A stretch of DNA of 64,000 nucleotides, from assembly GCA_949300615.1 (NCBI GenBank), contig CASGEW010000006.1, forward strand, positions 2,470 to 66,469, read 5' to 3'. Below the pieces are notes generated by a model. It saw only the letters and a list, made by a program, of their open reading frames with translations. It was not told where the DNA came from and did no database searches. Source of the stretch: an uncultured Bacteroidales bacterium (lineage in GTDB: Bacteria; Bacteroidota; Bacteroidia; Bacteroidales; CHK158-818). Shown here in pieces: positions 46,386 to 55,534 of the stretch (positions within the stretch are counted from its first letter, which is position 1; each line of letters opens with the position of its first letter). Position numbers and translations under genes: made by a program.

Positions 46386-47420
46386 ATGACAAAAATAATA
46401 CGACATATCGTTCTGTTCGCTCTTTTGCTGACAAGCTGTAATAAAACCATCTTGGAATTCCCCGAAAACGGAGGGGAAGACCCGACATCGGTTCATGTAA
46501 ACCTGTCATTGGCCGTCGATCCGGCCATCGAGCCGTACACCTCTACCAAAGTTGACCCCAATACAGAGGAGCACGACGTACGCTGGATTATTGAACTGTT
46601 CCGCGATGAAATAGAGGGAGAACCGGTAGAACGGCGCATCCTTACCTGCGACCCGGCGACAGACCTCAATCACACTATTTCCGCCTCGTTTACGTTAAAC
46701 GCAGCCAAATACCACGTCGTAGCATGGGCCGATTATGTAAACGACGGCTCTACCGATGACAAATATTACTTGATAGACGACCTCTCCTCCATCCGTATTC
46801 TGGAAGATGAGGATTACTTGGGAGACGAAGAGCACAAGGACACCTATATTGTAAACGAAGAGCTGGACCTGAGCGGCTACCGGGATTCGTGGAACGAGAC
46901 AGTAGAGCATACCCTGACGCTTAAACGGCCCATGGCCAAAATTGAATTCATCACTACCGACATCGAAAAGTTGCTCAACCAACTCAGAACCAAACGGAGC
47001 AAATCCGGCGGGGCGGTATCAGAAAACCTGCTCACGGACAACCCCGATCTCTCTTCTATACAGGTAACCGTCAGTTACGCCGGATTCCTCCCTTCGGGGT
47101 TCAATGCCTACACGAACAAGCCCAACGATGCCCGTACAGGCGTATCGTTCGATTGCTCGATGACCCCCTTATCGGATAAGGAGGCACGTTTAGGCAGCGA
47201 CTATATTTTCGTAAACGGATCCGAATCGGCGGTAACCGTGAACCTCTCCATCCGCGACGACAAGGGGAATGTACTCAACGAAGTGTCAGGGATCAACGTA
47301 CCGATTGTCCGTGGAAAACTGACGACCATCCGCGACGAGTTCCTGACCAAATCCTACACCCCCGGCATCGGTATCGACACCGACTTCGAGGGCGAGATCA
47401 ACATAGTGATTCCAGACTAA
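46386..47420 (+). CDS. FimB/Mfa2-like fimbrial lipoprotein (putative anchor/accessory subunit)
   Basis: A lipobox (LLLTSC) is present. The motifs RWIIELF, YHVVAWADYV and LKRPMAKIEF are shared with the next two genes. The gap to the upstream gene is 12 nt. Confidence 0.55.
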   Translation: MTKIIRHIVLFALLLTSCNKTILEFPENGGEDPTSVHVNLSLAVDPAIEPYTSTKVDPNTEEHDVRWIIELFRDEIEGEPVERRILTCDPATDLNHTISASFTLNAAKYHVVAWADYVNDGSTDDKYYLIDDLSSIRILEDEDYLGDEEHKDTYIVNEELDLSGYRDSWNETVEHTLTLKRPMAKIEFITTDIEKLLNQLRTKRSKSGGAVSENLLTDNPDLSSIQVTVSYAGFLPSGFNAYTNKPNDARTGVSFDCSMTPLSDKEARLGSDYIFVNGSESAVTVNLSIRDDKGNVLNEVSGINVPIVRGKLTTIRDEFLTKSYTPGIGIDTDFEGEINIVIPD

Positions 47421-47434
47421 AAAAACATCGGACA

Positions 47435-48229
47435 ATGAAACAAGTGCAATACATATTCTTTTTCTTTGGGATGTTCCTCTTCGCACTGATACAGACAGGG
47501 TGCGATGCTGACTCAAACGAGATACCGAACCCAACACCTGTCGAAGGTATCATCTCTGTTCTGCCCCAAACAGAACTAAAAAACGTACAGCTCCCTTCGA
47601 CCAAAACCGGGAACGATGCCAGACTAACCTACACTTTCGAGGTGTGGACGAGCGGGAGTGATTCCCGCTGCGTACTGCACCGTACGGCAACCGGAACTCT
47701 TTTGGGAGGGACATCCTTTGAAATTTCGCTGATACCCGGCACATACGACCTGTTGTTCTGGGCCGACTACGGTACAGAAGACTATATCACCACAAACCTG
47801 CAAGCGGTAAAACGAAAAACAACGCCCTACACCTCCGGCGAAAATCGGGACGCTTTTGCGTGTGCCCTCAGGAATCAGGAATGGAACGGAGGCGGTTTCA
47901 GTGCTACGTTGACGCGTCCGTTGACAAAACTCACCATACAGAATACGAAGCCTTTCAGCCAGGCTCTTTCAGTATCGGTTACCTACGAAAATCTCTATAC
48001 AAGCTACAATGTATTGACGGGTGAGGCCTTCGACCCGCAACCGAGTACGGTGACCACATTCCAAACAACGAATGGATCGACCTTCATAGGCGAAGACTTT
48101 CTCTTTGTTCCATCTGCCGGCGAAAAGCAGATCTCCCTCTCTATCACCGCAGACAATACAACCCAAAGCCTCGGGACGCTGCCCCTGCAAACCAACTATA
48201 AAACCAACATAACGGCATCGTTCGACTAA
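47435..48229 (+). CDS. Mfa2/fimbrillin-like lipoprotein (paralogous module)
   Basis: A lipobox (LIQTGC) is present. The motifs are TYTFEVW, YDLLFWADYG, LTRPLTKLTI and a C-terminal NYKTNITASF. Confidence 0.45.
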   Translation: MKQVQYIFFFFGMFLFALIQTGCDADSNEIPNPTPVEGIISVLPQTELKNVQLPSTKTGNDARLTYTFEVWTSGSDSRCVLHRTATGTLLGGTSFEISLIPGTYDLLFWADYGTEDYITTNLQAVKRKTTPYTSGENRDAFACALRNQEWNGGGFSATLTRPLTKLTIQNTKPFSQALSVSVTYENLYTSYNVLTGEAFDPQPSTVTTFQTTNGSTFIGEDFLFVPSAGEKQISLSITADNTTQSLGTLPLQTNYKTNITASFD

Positions 48230-48276
48230 AATCACTATGTAAACCTTTTTTACAAACCACTTAAATATTTTTATTT

Positions 48277-51200
48277 ATGAAAAAACTATTCTTTTTTGTG
48301 CTAACAGGGTTAATGATGACCTTGGGTGCATGTCAACAGGAGGATGAGACCCTGATGGGGCCTGGTTCTTCGCAGACATTGACCGTAACGATACCGCAAG
48401 GTATCAATACCCGTAGCAATGAGAATCCCGGGGATGGTTCTCTTATCAACCGGTGTATCCTGGAAATCTACCACAACAACAACGGTACTTATGAACTGTA
48501 TCAAAGCCGTCGGGTAGAAAAGGTTACCGGTAGCACAGCTACTTTTGCCGACCTCAGACTGGTAACCTCTCAATCGTACAAACTGGTTCTCTGGGCTGAC
48601 TGTGCCGACGCTTCCCAGAACGACCTCTACTACAATACCGGTGATTTAAGCAACATTACCGTTAATGCATCGAATAAAGCATATACCGGGAACGACGACG
48701 GATTCGATGCGTTCTTTGCAACCAAAGAGATTACGGTTCAAAGCACCTTCGCCGAAAGCATCACCCTGAAACGTCCGTTCGGACAGATAAACGTCCAAAC
48801 CAACGATTTGGGAACAATCACCAGCGATGATTTGAAACCGGCATCTGTTGAAGTAACGTTCACTTCCATCCCCTCTTCATTCAATGTAATGGAAGGTGTT
48901 GCCGGAACTCCCGTACAGAATTACACCTATACGGCTGCTATTAAAGATGCTACCACAGGTAAACTAAGCATCGACTACATCTGGGCAGCACCCGAACAAG
49001 AAGAGTTGGCCGATTTCTCCATGAAATTCCTGAATGCAAGCGGTGCAGAAATCACCACCAACGAAAGCTTTACCAACATTCCCGTTCGCCGCAACTACCG
49101 TACCAACATCTCCGGTAACCTGTTGACCAAGAAAGGTGAAGTTGAGATAACGGTTGACCCGATCTTCGACGGCGACCTGGCCGCTGTAATAGACGGAGCC
49201 AAAAATATTACCTCCGGCGCAGAGTTTTCTTCGTTGCAAGAAGCCATCGCCGCAGCTGATGAAAATGATGAAATCCACATCTGGGGAACTTTGGATGAAG
49301 ACATTACCCTCAACAAAGACCTTGTCATCATGGGTGGCGATGAATCATCCGCAGCCAAAATCCGTACGCTGATGGTTGCCAACGGCGTGAAAGCGACCTT
49401 TAAAAACATCCAGTTCTTCGGTGCCCGCAACATGAACAGCGCCAAATCCAGCGTAGTAATCAATCAAGCAGAAGATATTGTATTTGAAGATTGTCTTTTC
49501 GCCCAAGAAAATGTAAGCGAAGGGGGAATGCGCCCGATTGAAACCAATTATGGATTTACCGGAAAGCTGACGCTCAAAAACTGTACGATAGAACCGGGTA
49601 CCAGCAACGCCTACTTCAACCCGCTGGCAGAAGGAGGAGAACTGACTATCACCGGTACCACCTTTAAACAAATCGTAACCATCGATCCCAAAGTTTCGCA
49701 ATCGGCTAAGATGGGAACCTACAAAATCGAGGACAACGTATTTGAAAGCAGCGTAGCTGTAACCGTATTCTCCGGAGCAACCGATGTAAATGGACTCTCT
49801 GCCGATGAAAAGAGCTATGTAAACAACATTTTGGCAAACAATACCTTCGGCAACGACACCCAAAAAGTAAAAATATTCAGCGGAAGCAACTCATTCTACG
49901 TAAACGACCTGAGTTCGGTTATATACAACCAGACTACCGGTGTAGGCTACAACAGCGTACAAGAGGCGTTAAATAACGCTCAACCGGGAGAAGTTGTCTT
50001 GGTGAGCGGTGCTATCAACGATGATGCCTGTACAGAAGAGCTGAACATCCCCCAAGGAGTTATCCTGGACGGTTCTAACAACTCGGAATTCACCGGCAAA
50101 CTGCACGCTGCACAAGGAGCAACAATCCGTAACCTGGCTTCCAAATGGGCAGGAAATCCTGGCAACACCAACCCCAACGATCGTCAGGCAATTGAGGTAC
50201 AAGGTACCGGTGTTACGTTACAAAACATCAACTTTACTTACACAGGGACACTGAGAGGTGAAGCTATTGTAAATTATGTAGGTGCTAAAAACCTGACAGT
50301 AGAAAACTGCCAGTTCAACAGCTATTGGAAAGGTTTGTACTTGAACACCTCCGAAGGGGTCGTTATCAAAGGATGTACCTTCAACAATATGAATCCGTTC
50401 AGCACCGATGAATGGAATGCTACCTTAAATTTTGCCGGCAACACCATTACTGGTAATATACCTACTTTTAATGCCGCACATTGTATTGTTGTCGCAGGTA
50501 CAGCAGATATGGATGGTACAACCAAATACCAGGAAAGCTGGCCGTTAGCATTAAAAGAGAGCGTTTATAGCATCCTCAACGGCAATGCTTATACCGACCA
50601 AGAAACTCCCTATATGCGGGTAACATACGGTCTCCAATCAAAGGTGTGGGATTACGATTCTTTCTATTTCTGCATCACCGACTTCCTGAAAGGAAACCTG
50701 GCCAATGCACAGAATGCCTTTACCCAAGCAGACCGCTACCAGCCGTCGGCCGTAGATTTCTTGAATAGCTTTGAAGGAAAAGACAACGTTCTGCGCTACA
50801 CATTAGACGATCGTACCAGCCAGGCCAACCGCCCGGGCGGACAACAAGGTCATTTCTACAATACGCAGGGACGCCATTTCAATATCTTTAATCCTCAAAA
50901 CCTGACCCAATGGGAAGTTTCAGGTGAAATCTGGGTGGACGCTAACATGATTGCCAGCACCAAACCGTTCCGTTCTGAATTGTGGACCTCTGCAAAAGAT
51001 GCTTCTACCGGCGATGCCGTATATCCGATGCTCGGCATTACCAACGTAACGGAAGATGCAAACGGTACTTACCAATCTACCATGGACCACGCTGTTGTCC
51101 GCACATGGGGTGATGACGGATGGACCGTTGCAGAGGGTGTCGCCGTAAGTACTGGATGGCACACGGTAAAAATAGTTTCTGACGGTAATTACGTAACCTA

Positions 51201-51375
51201 CTATTTTGATGGACAAGAAATCGGCAAGATGTCTGCAACACCGGCTCCGGTCTGTGTAACATCCATCATGCCTCAGGCATTCCATTACGATTACCAGGAA
51301 AATGGCAACTACTTCTATGAAGATTATACTTGCGAAACCTATTTCTGCAACATCAACTACCAACTTAAAAAATAG
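48277..51375 (+). CDS. 1032-aa lipoprotein with an N-terminal Mfa2-like module, two tandem right-handed beta-helix-like modules and a C-terminal LamG/ConA-like domain (putative tip adhesin or enzyme)
   Basis: A lipobox (TLGAC) is present. The N-terminal module has the motifs CILEIYH, YKLVLWADCA, LKRPFGQINV and NYRTNISGNL. Two modules open with SSLQEAIAAAD and NSVQEALNNAQPGE, followed by N/G/T-rich repeats. The C-terminus reads GWHTVKIVSDGNYVTYYFDGQEIG. Confidence 0.5.
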   Translation: MKKLFFFVLTGLMMTLGACQQEDETLMGPGSSQTLTVTIPQGINTRSNENPGDGSLINRCILEIYHNNNGTYELYQSRRVEKVTGSTATFADLRLVTSQSYKLVLWADCADASQNDLYYNTGDLSNITVNASNKAYTGNDDGFDAFFATKEITVQSTFAESITLKRPFGQINVQTNDLGTITSDDLKPASVEVTFTSIPSSFNVMEGVAGTPVQNYTYTAAIKDATTGKLSIDYIWAAPEQEELADFSMKFLNASGAEITTNESFTNIPVRRNYRTNISGNLLTKKGEVEITVDPIFDGDLAAVIDGAKNITSGAEFSSLQEAIAAADENDEIHIWGTLDEDITLNKDLVIMGGDESSAAKIRTLMVANGVKATFKNIQFFGARNMNSAKSSVVINQAEDIVFEDCLFAQENVSEGGMRPIETNYGFTGKLTLKNCTIEPGTSNAYFNPLAEGGELTITGTTFKQIVTIDPKVSQSAKMGTYKIEDNVFESSVAVTVFSGATDVNGLSADEKSYVNNILANNTFGNDTQKVKIFSGSNSFYVNDLSSVIYNQTTGVGYNSVQEALNNAQPGEVVLVSGAINDDACTEELNIPQGVILDGSNNSEFTGKLHAAQGATIRNLASKWAGNPGNTNPNDRQAIEVQGTGVTLQNINFTYTGTLRGEAIVNYVGAKNLTVENCQFNSYWKGLYLNTSEGVVIKGCTFNNMNPFSTDEWNATLNFAGNTITGNIPTFNAAHCIVVAGTADMDGTTKYQESWPLALKESVYSILNGNAYTDQETPYMRVTYGLQSKVWDYDSFYFCITDFLKGNLANAQNAFTQADRYQPSAVDFLNSFEGKDNVLRYTLDDRTSQANRPGGQQGHFYNTQGRHFNIFNPQNLTQWEVSGEIWVDANMIASTKPFRSELWTSAKDASTGDAVYPMLGITNVTEDANGTYQSTMDHAVVRTWGDDGWTVAEGVAVSTGWHTVKIVSDGNYVTYYFDGQEIGKMSATPAPVCVTSIMPQAFHYDYQENGNYFYEDYTCETYFCNINYQLKK

Positions 51376-51441
51376 GTTGTTTCAGTTGACATTGTCCGGT
51401 ATCGTATAAAGACAATAAACGATTGTCAATCATACCCTTCA

Positions 51442-51473
51442 AACCCTCTCCCATTTCTGGGAGAGGGTTTTTA
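51442..51473 (+). terminator. rho-independent terminator ending the fimbrial-like operon
   Basis: The sequence AACCCTCTCCCAtttcTGGGAGAGGGTT forms a 12-bp stem, followed by a T-run. Confidence 0.8.
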
Positions 51474-51588
51474 TTTGCTGCAATTCAAGCAACGGGTCAA
51501 CCGGTTTATCCGCCCGAATACCGATTGTTCGGGAAAGAGAGGACAACCTCCTCTTCTGCCTCCCCTCTGCGTACCATCCCTCCCCCCT

Positions 51589-51623
51589 GAAAACAAAAGG
51601 GGCTACCGGATCTCGGTAGCCCC
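51589..51623 (-). terminator. rho-independent terminator after fba
   Basis: The stem is GGGGCTACCG/CGGTAGCCCC. On the minus strand it is followed by TTTTGTTTTC. Confidence 0.75.
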
Positions 51624-51655
51624 TTGCCAATCATTTCAGATAAAATGACGGTAAA

Positions 51656-52654
51656 TTATTCAGCTTTGCCTTCGCTGCCAAGCACTTCTATAATTTTGTG
51701 TTTGTAAAGTTTCTTCATGTTTTCACGGGCAGGACCGAGGTATTTACGCGGGTCGAATTCTGCCGGTTTCAAAGCGAATACTTCGCGGATAGCAGCGGTC
51801 ATGGCCAAACGGCTGTCTGAGTCGATGTTGATTTTGCAAACGGCCGATGCAGCGGCTTTACGCAACTCTTCTTCGGGAATACCGATGGCATCTTTCAACG
51901 CTCCTCCGTATTTGTTGATGGTAGCCACTTCTTCCTGAGGTACGGAAGATGAACCGTGCAATACGATGGGGAAGCCCGGAAGTTCTTTTTCTACGCCTTC
52001 CAACACGTCGAAACGCAAGGGAGGGGGAACCAATATGCCGTCAGCGTTGCGGGTACATTGTTCGGGTTTGAATTTGTTGGCACCGTGTGAGGTTCCGATA
52101 GAGATAGCCAAGCTGTCAACGCCTGTTTTCGTTACAAAGTCAACCACTTCTTCGGGTTTGGTATAGGTATGGTGTTCGGCGCTTACTTCGTCTTCTACGC
52201 CGGCCAATACACCGAGTTCGCCTTCAACCGTTACATCGAATTGGTGAGCGTATTCAACCACTTTCTTGGTCAAGGCTACGTTTTCGTCGTAAGGCAGGTG
52301 TGAACCGTCGATCATTACAGAGGAGAAGCCCATGTCAACGCATGACTTGCAAAGCTCGAAAGAGTCGCCGTGGTCGAGATGGAGCACGATTTGCGGGTGT
52401 TCCCAACCCAATTCTTTGGCATATTCAACAGCGCCTTCTGCCATGTAACGCAACAACGTCTGGTTGGCATATTGACGGGCACCTTTCGATACTTGAAGGA
52501 TAACCGGTGATTTGGTTTCTGCACAAGCCTGGATGATTGCTTGCAACTGTTCCATGTTGTTGAAGTTGAAAGCCGGGATGGCATATCCGCCCTTGATAGC
52601 CTTTGCAAACATTTCTCTGGTATTCACAAGGCCTAAATCTTTGTAACTAACCAT
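51656..52654 (-). CDS. fba: class II fructose-bisphosphate aldolase
   Basis: I trimmed ORF 51656..52747 to the ATG at 52652-52654 (MVSYKDLGLVNTREMF). The motifs HLDHG and GTSHG are present. Confidence 0.95.
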   Translation of the reverse strand: MVSYKDLGLVNTREMFAKAIKGGYAIPAFNFNNMEQLQAIIQACAETKSPVILQVSKGARQYANQTLLRYMAEGAVEYAKELGWEHPQIVLHLDHGDSFELCKSCVDMGFSSVMIDGSHLPYDENVALTKKVVEYAHQFDVTVEGELGVLAGVEDEVSAEHHTYTKPEEVVDFVTKTGVDSLAISIGTSHGANKFKPEQCTRNADGILVPPPLRFDVLEGVEKELPGFPIVLHGSSSVPQEEVATINKYGGALKDAIGIPEEELRKAAASAVCKINIDSDSRLAMTAAIREVFALKPAEFDPRKYLGPARENMKKLYKHKIIEVLGSEGKAE

Positions 52655-52691
52655 TTTTTTATGTATTATCGAGTTAATAAATAAAACTTTG

Positions 52692-52699
52692 CAAAGATA
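52692..52699 (-). promoter_or_regulatory. candidate -7 promoter box (TATCTTTG on minus strand)
   Basis: The plus strand reads CAAAGATA, 38 nt upstream of the fba ATG. Confidence 0.45.
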
Positions 52700-52895
52700 A
52701 TCATTTCGGACGAATTCAATCGCATGGCCGAGACCGTTTTTATCCATATAAATGTTAATTTAATCCGATCGGCCTCCCGAAAAGGGCGTTTTGCCATACG
52801 GAGGTTCCAATTCGCCCTACTGCAACGTTTTTCGGTGGAGCGGACACGGGTAAATATTTTACCGGGAATATAGGTATAATCTGCTTTTTTATCGT

Positions 52896-52903
52896 TATTT
52901 TTG
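52896..52903 (+). promoter_or_regulatory. candidate -7 promoter box TATTTTTG
   Basis: This is an exact TAnnTTTG match 80 nt upstream of the speA ATG. Confidence 0.35.
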
Positions 52904-52982
52904 TCGTTTCAAATCCTCCGCAAAACGGTAGGCGAATTTGTTTTTCAACAATTGACTGTAACCTATTGAGATGTAATTTACA

Positions 52983-54840
52983 ATGAGAAGATGGCGCATT
53001 GACGATTCGGCCGAACTGTACAACATCAACGGTTGGGGCTTAAAGTATTTCAGTATCAACGAAAAGGGTCATGTTTCGGTTACTCCGCGAGAAGATTACG
53101 CCCCGGTTGACTTGAAAGAGTTGATGGACGAATTGCAGGTCAGGGATGTACCTGCCCCTGTATTGCTGCGTTTTCCCGATATTCTGGACAACCGTATCGA
53201 AAAAATATCGAACTGTTTTCAACGGGCTGCCAACGAGTACGGCTATACGGCCAAAAACTTTATCATCTACCCCATCAAGGTGAACCAGATGCGCCCCGTA
53301 GTGGAAGAGATTGTCAGCCACGGGAAGAAATACAACATCGGACTCGAAGCCGGGTCGAAACCGGAACTGCACGCCGTATTGGCCATCAACATCGATGAGA
53401 ACTCGTTGATTATCTGCAACGGGTACAAAGACGAAAACTACATCGAGCTGGCCCTATTGGCCCAAAAGATGGGCCGGCGTATCTTCCTGGTGGTAGAAAA
53501 ACTGAACGAACTGAAACTGATTGCTTCCATCGCCAAGCGGCTGAAAATAAGGCCAAACATCGGCATACGCATCAAACTGGCCAGCTCCGGGAGCGGGAAA
53601 TGGGAAGAGTCGGGTGGCGACGTGAGCAAATTCGGCCTGAATTCCAGCGAACTGTTGGAAGCGCTCGACATCCTGGAAAAGAACAAAATGCGGGACTGCC
53701 TGCGGCTGATACACTTCCATATCGGCAGCCAGGTAACCAAAATTCGCCGTATAAAGACGGCATTGAGAGAGGCCTCGCAGTTTTACGTACAACTGCACAA
53801 AATGGGCTTCGACGTGGAATTTGTCGATATAGGGGGCGGCTTGGGCGTAGATTACGACGGCACCCGCTCTTCATCCAGCGAAAGCAGCATGAACTACTCC
53901 ATACAGGAGTATGTAAACGACTCGATCTCCACACTGGTAGATGCCTGCAACAAAACGCTCGTTGACGGCACACCACTCCGTGCTGGTGTTCGAGGTACTG
54001 GAAACCACCACCTTGCCCGCCTTTGACGAGGAAGAAGAGATTTCGCCCGACGACCACGAACTGGTACACGACCTCTATAAGCTATGGGAAAATACCAACC
54101 AACCGGGCTTGATTGAGACCTGGCACGACGCCCTGCAAACACGCGAAGAGGCATTGGATCTGTTCAGCCTGGGGCTGCTCGACCTGCGTACCCGGGCACA
54201 AGTAGAAAGGCTGTTCTGGTCGGTAGCGCGCGAGGTGCACGCCATAGCGTCTGAAATAAAACACGCTCCCGAAGAGCTGAAAAAAATATCGAAGATGTTG
54301 CCGGATAAATATTTCTGCAACTTCTCGCTGTTCCAGTCGTTACCCGACTCATGGGCCATAGACCAGATATTCCCCATCATGCCCTTGTCGCGCCTCGACG
54401 AGAAACCGGACCGCACGGCTACCTTACAGGATATTACGTGCGACTCGGACGGAAAAATCGACAACTTTGTATCGACCCGCAACTTCTCCTACCACCTGCC
54501 GGTACACACGTTGAACAAAGACCCCTACTACATCGGCGTATTCCTGGTAGGAGCCTATCAGGAGATTCTGGGAGACCTGCACAACCTCTTCGGCGATACG
54601 AACGCCGTACACGTAAGCGTGTACAAAGACCATTACGAAATCGAGCAGGTGATAGACGGCGAAACGGTGGCCGAGGTGCTGGACTACGTACAATTCAACC
54701 CCAAAAAGATGGTTCGTACGGTAGAGACCTGGGTTACAACATCCATGAAGGCCGGCATCATTACTCCCGAAGAGGGACGGGAATTCTTGTCGAATTACCG
54801 CTCCGGTCTGTACGGATACACCTACTTAGAAAAAGATTAA
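52983..54840 (+). pseudogene. speA: biosynthetic arginine decarboxylase, disrupted near 53955-53965 (ORFs 52983..54026 and 53941..54840)
   Basis: The N-terminal ORF carries the SpeA N-terminus and TIM-barrel region (MRRWRIDDSAELYNINGWG, FHIGSQ). The second ORF starts inside the conserved RSLTAHHSVLVFEVLE block, in a different frame. Confidence 0.85.
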
Positions 54841-54886
54841 CCCCACGTTCTTGGGGTAAAACAACATTCCTAATCCCGATATAACG

Positions 54887-54923
54887 ACCAGCGAGTGTGC
54901 CGATGGCTCACCCGCTGGTTTTT
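54887..54923 (+). terminator. probable terminator after speA
   Basis: The stem is ACCAGCGAGTG/CACCCGCTGGT (11 bp, one mismatch), followed by TTTT. Confidence 0.5.
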
Positions 54924-55396
54924 CATTGACAATGCTTGTCTGAGCCTGACGAAACGCAGGAAGGGCACCTTCGCTGAATGAAACACCACAGACAACGGTC
55001 GGCCGAATACCTGCCGGGGCCCAGCAACCCGATCGCCACATAGATGCCCATATACATAAGCGGTAACTCAGCCGTACTCATTTTCACTTCGGGAAACGTG
55101 AAAAAGGCAGCAATCGTCATCGAAAAAATCAACGGCAACACCGCCAAACGGGTAAACAACCCCAGAATGAGCAAGATGGAACATCCGGCCTCGCACAAGA
55201 TAATCATCACAAGCGACCATTTACTGCCCAACCCGATGGGATCCGGGAAAGTACTCTCCAAGGTCGAAAAGTGCAGAATTTTTTCGATACCGTGCGTCAA
55301 CATCATCACGCCGACAAACAAGCGCAAAAACAAAGTGGCGAAATCGACCAACCTGTCGTTGGTCAAAAAGCAGGAAATCAATTTACAAACTTTCAT
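54923..55396 (-). CDS. DoxX-family membrane protein
   Basis: The sequence LFLRLFVGVMMLTHGIEKI is a DoxX-type motif. The protein has 4 TM helices and is 157 aa. Confidence 0.85.
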   Translation of the reverse strand: MKVCKLISCFLTNDRLVDFATLFLRLFVGVMMLTHGIEKILHFSTLESTFPDPIGLGSKWSLVMIILCEAGCSILLILGLFTRLAVLPLIFSMTIAAFFTFPEVKMSTAELPLMYMGIYVAIGLLGPGRYSADRCLWCFIQRRCPSCVSSGSDKHCQ

Positions 55397-55460
55397 TTTA
55401 CGAGAATTTATTCTTTACAGATAAACGATCCATACGGCCGAATGTTTCAATCCGATACTC

Positions 55461-55496
55461 AAAAAAACGGCTGTCTCAACTCTTTCAAGACAGCCG
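55461..55496 (-). terminator. rho-independent terminator after amt
   Basis: The stem is CGGCTGTCT/AGACAGCCG (9 bp). On the minus strand it is followed by T7. Confidence 0.7.
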
Positions 55497-55534
55497 CAAC
55501 AAAAATATTCGCAATCCAAATATGCATCCAAATG

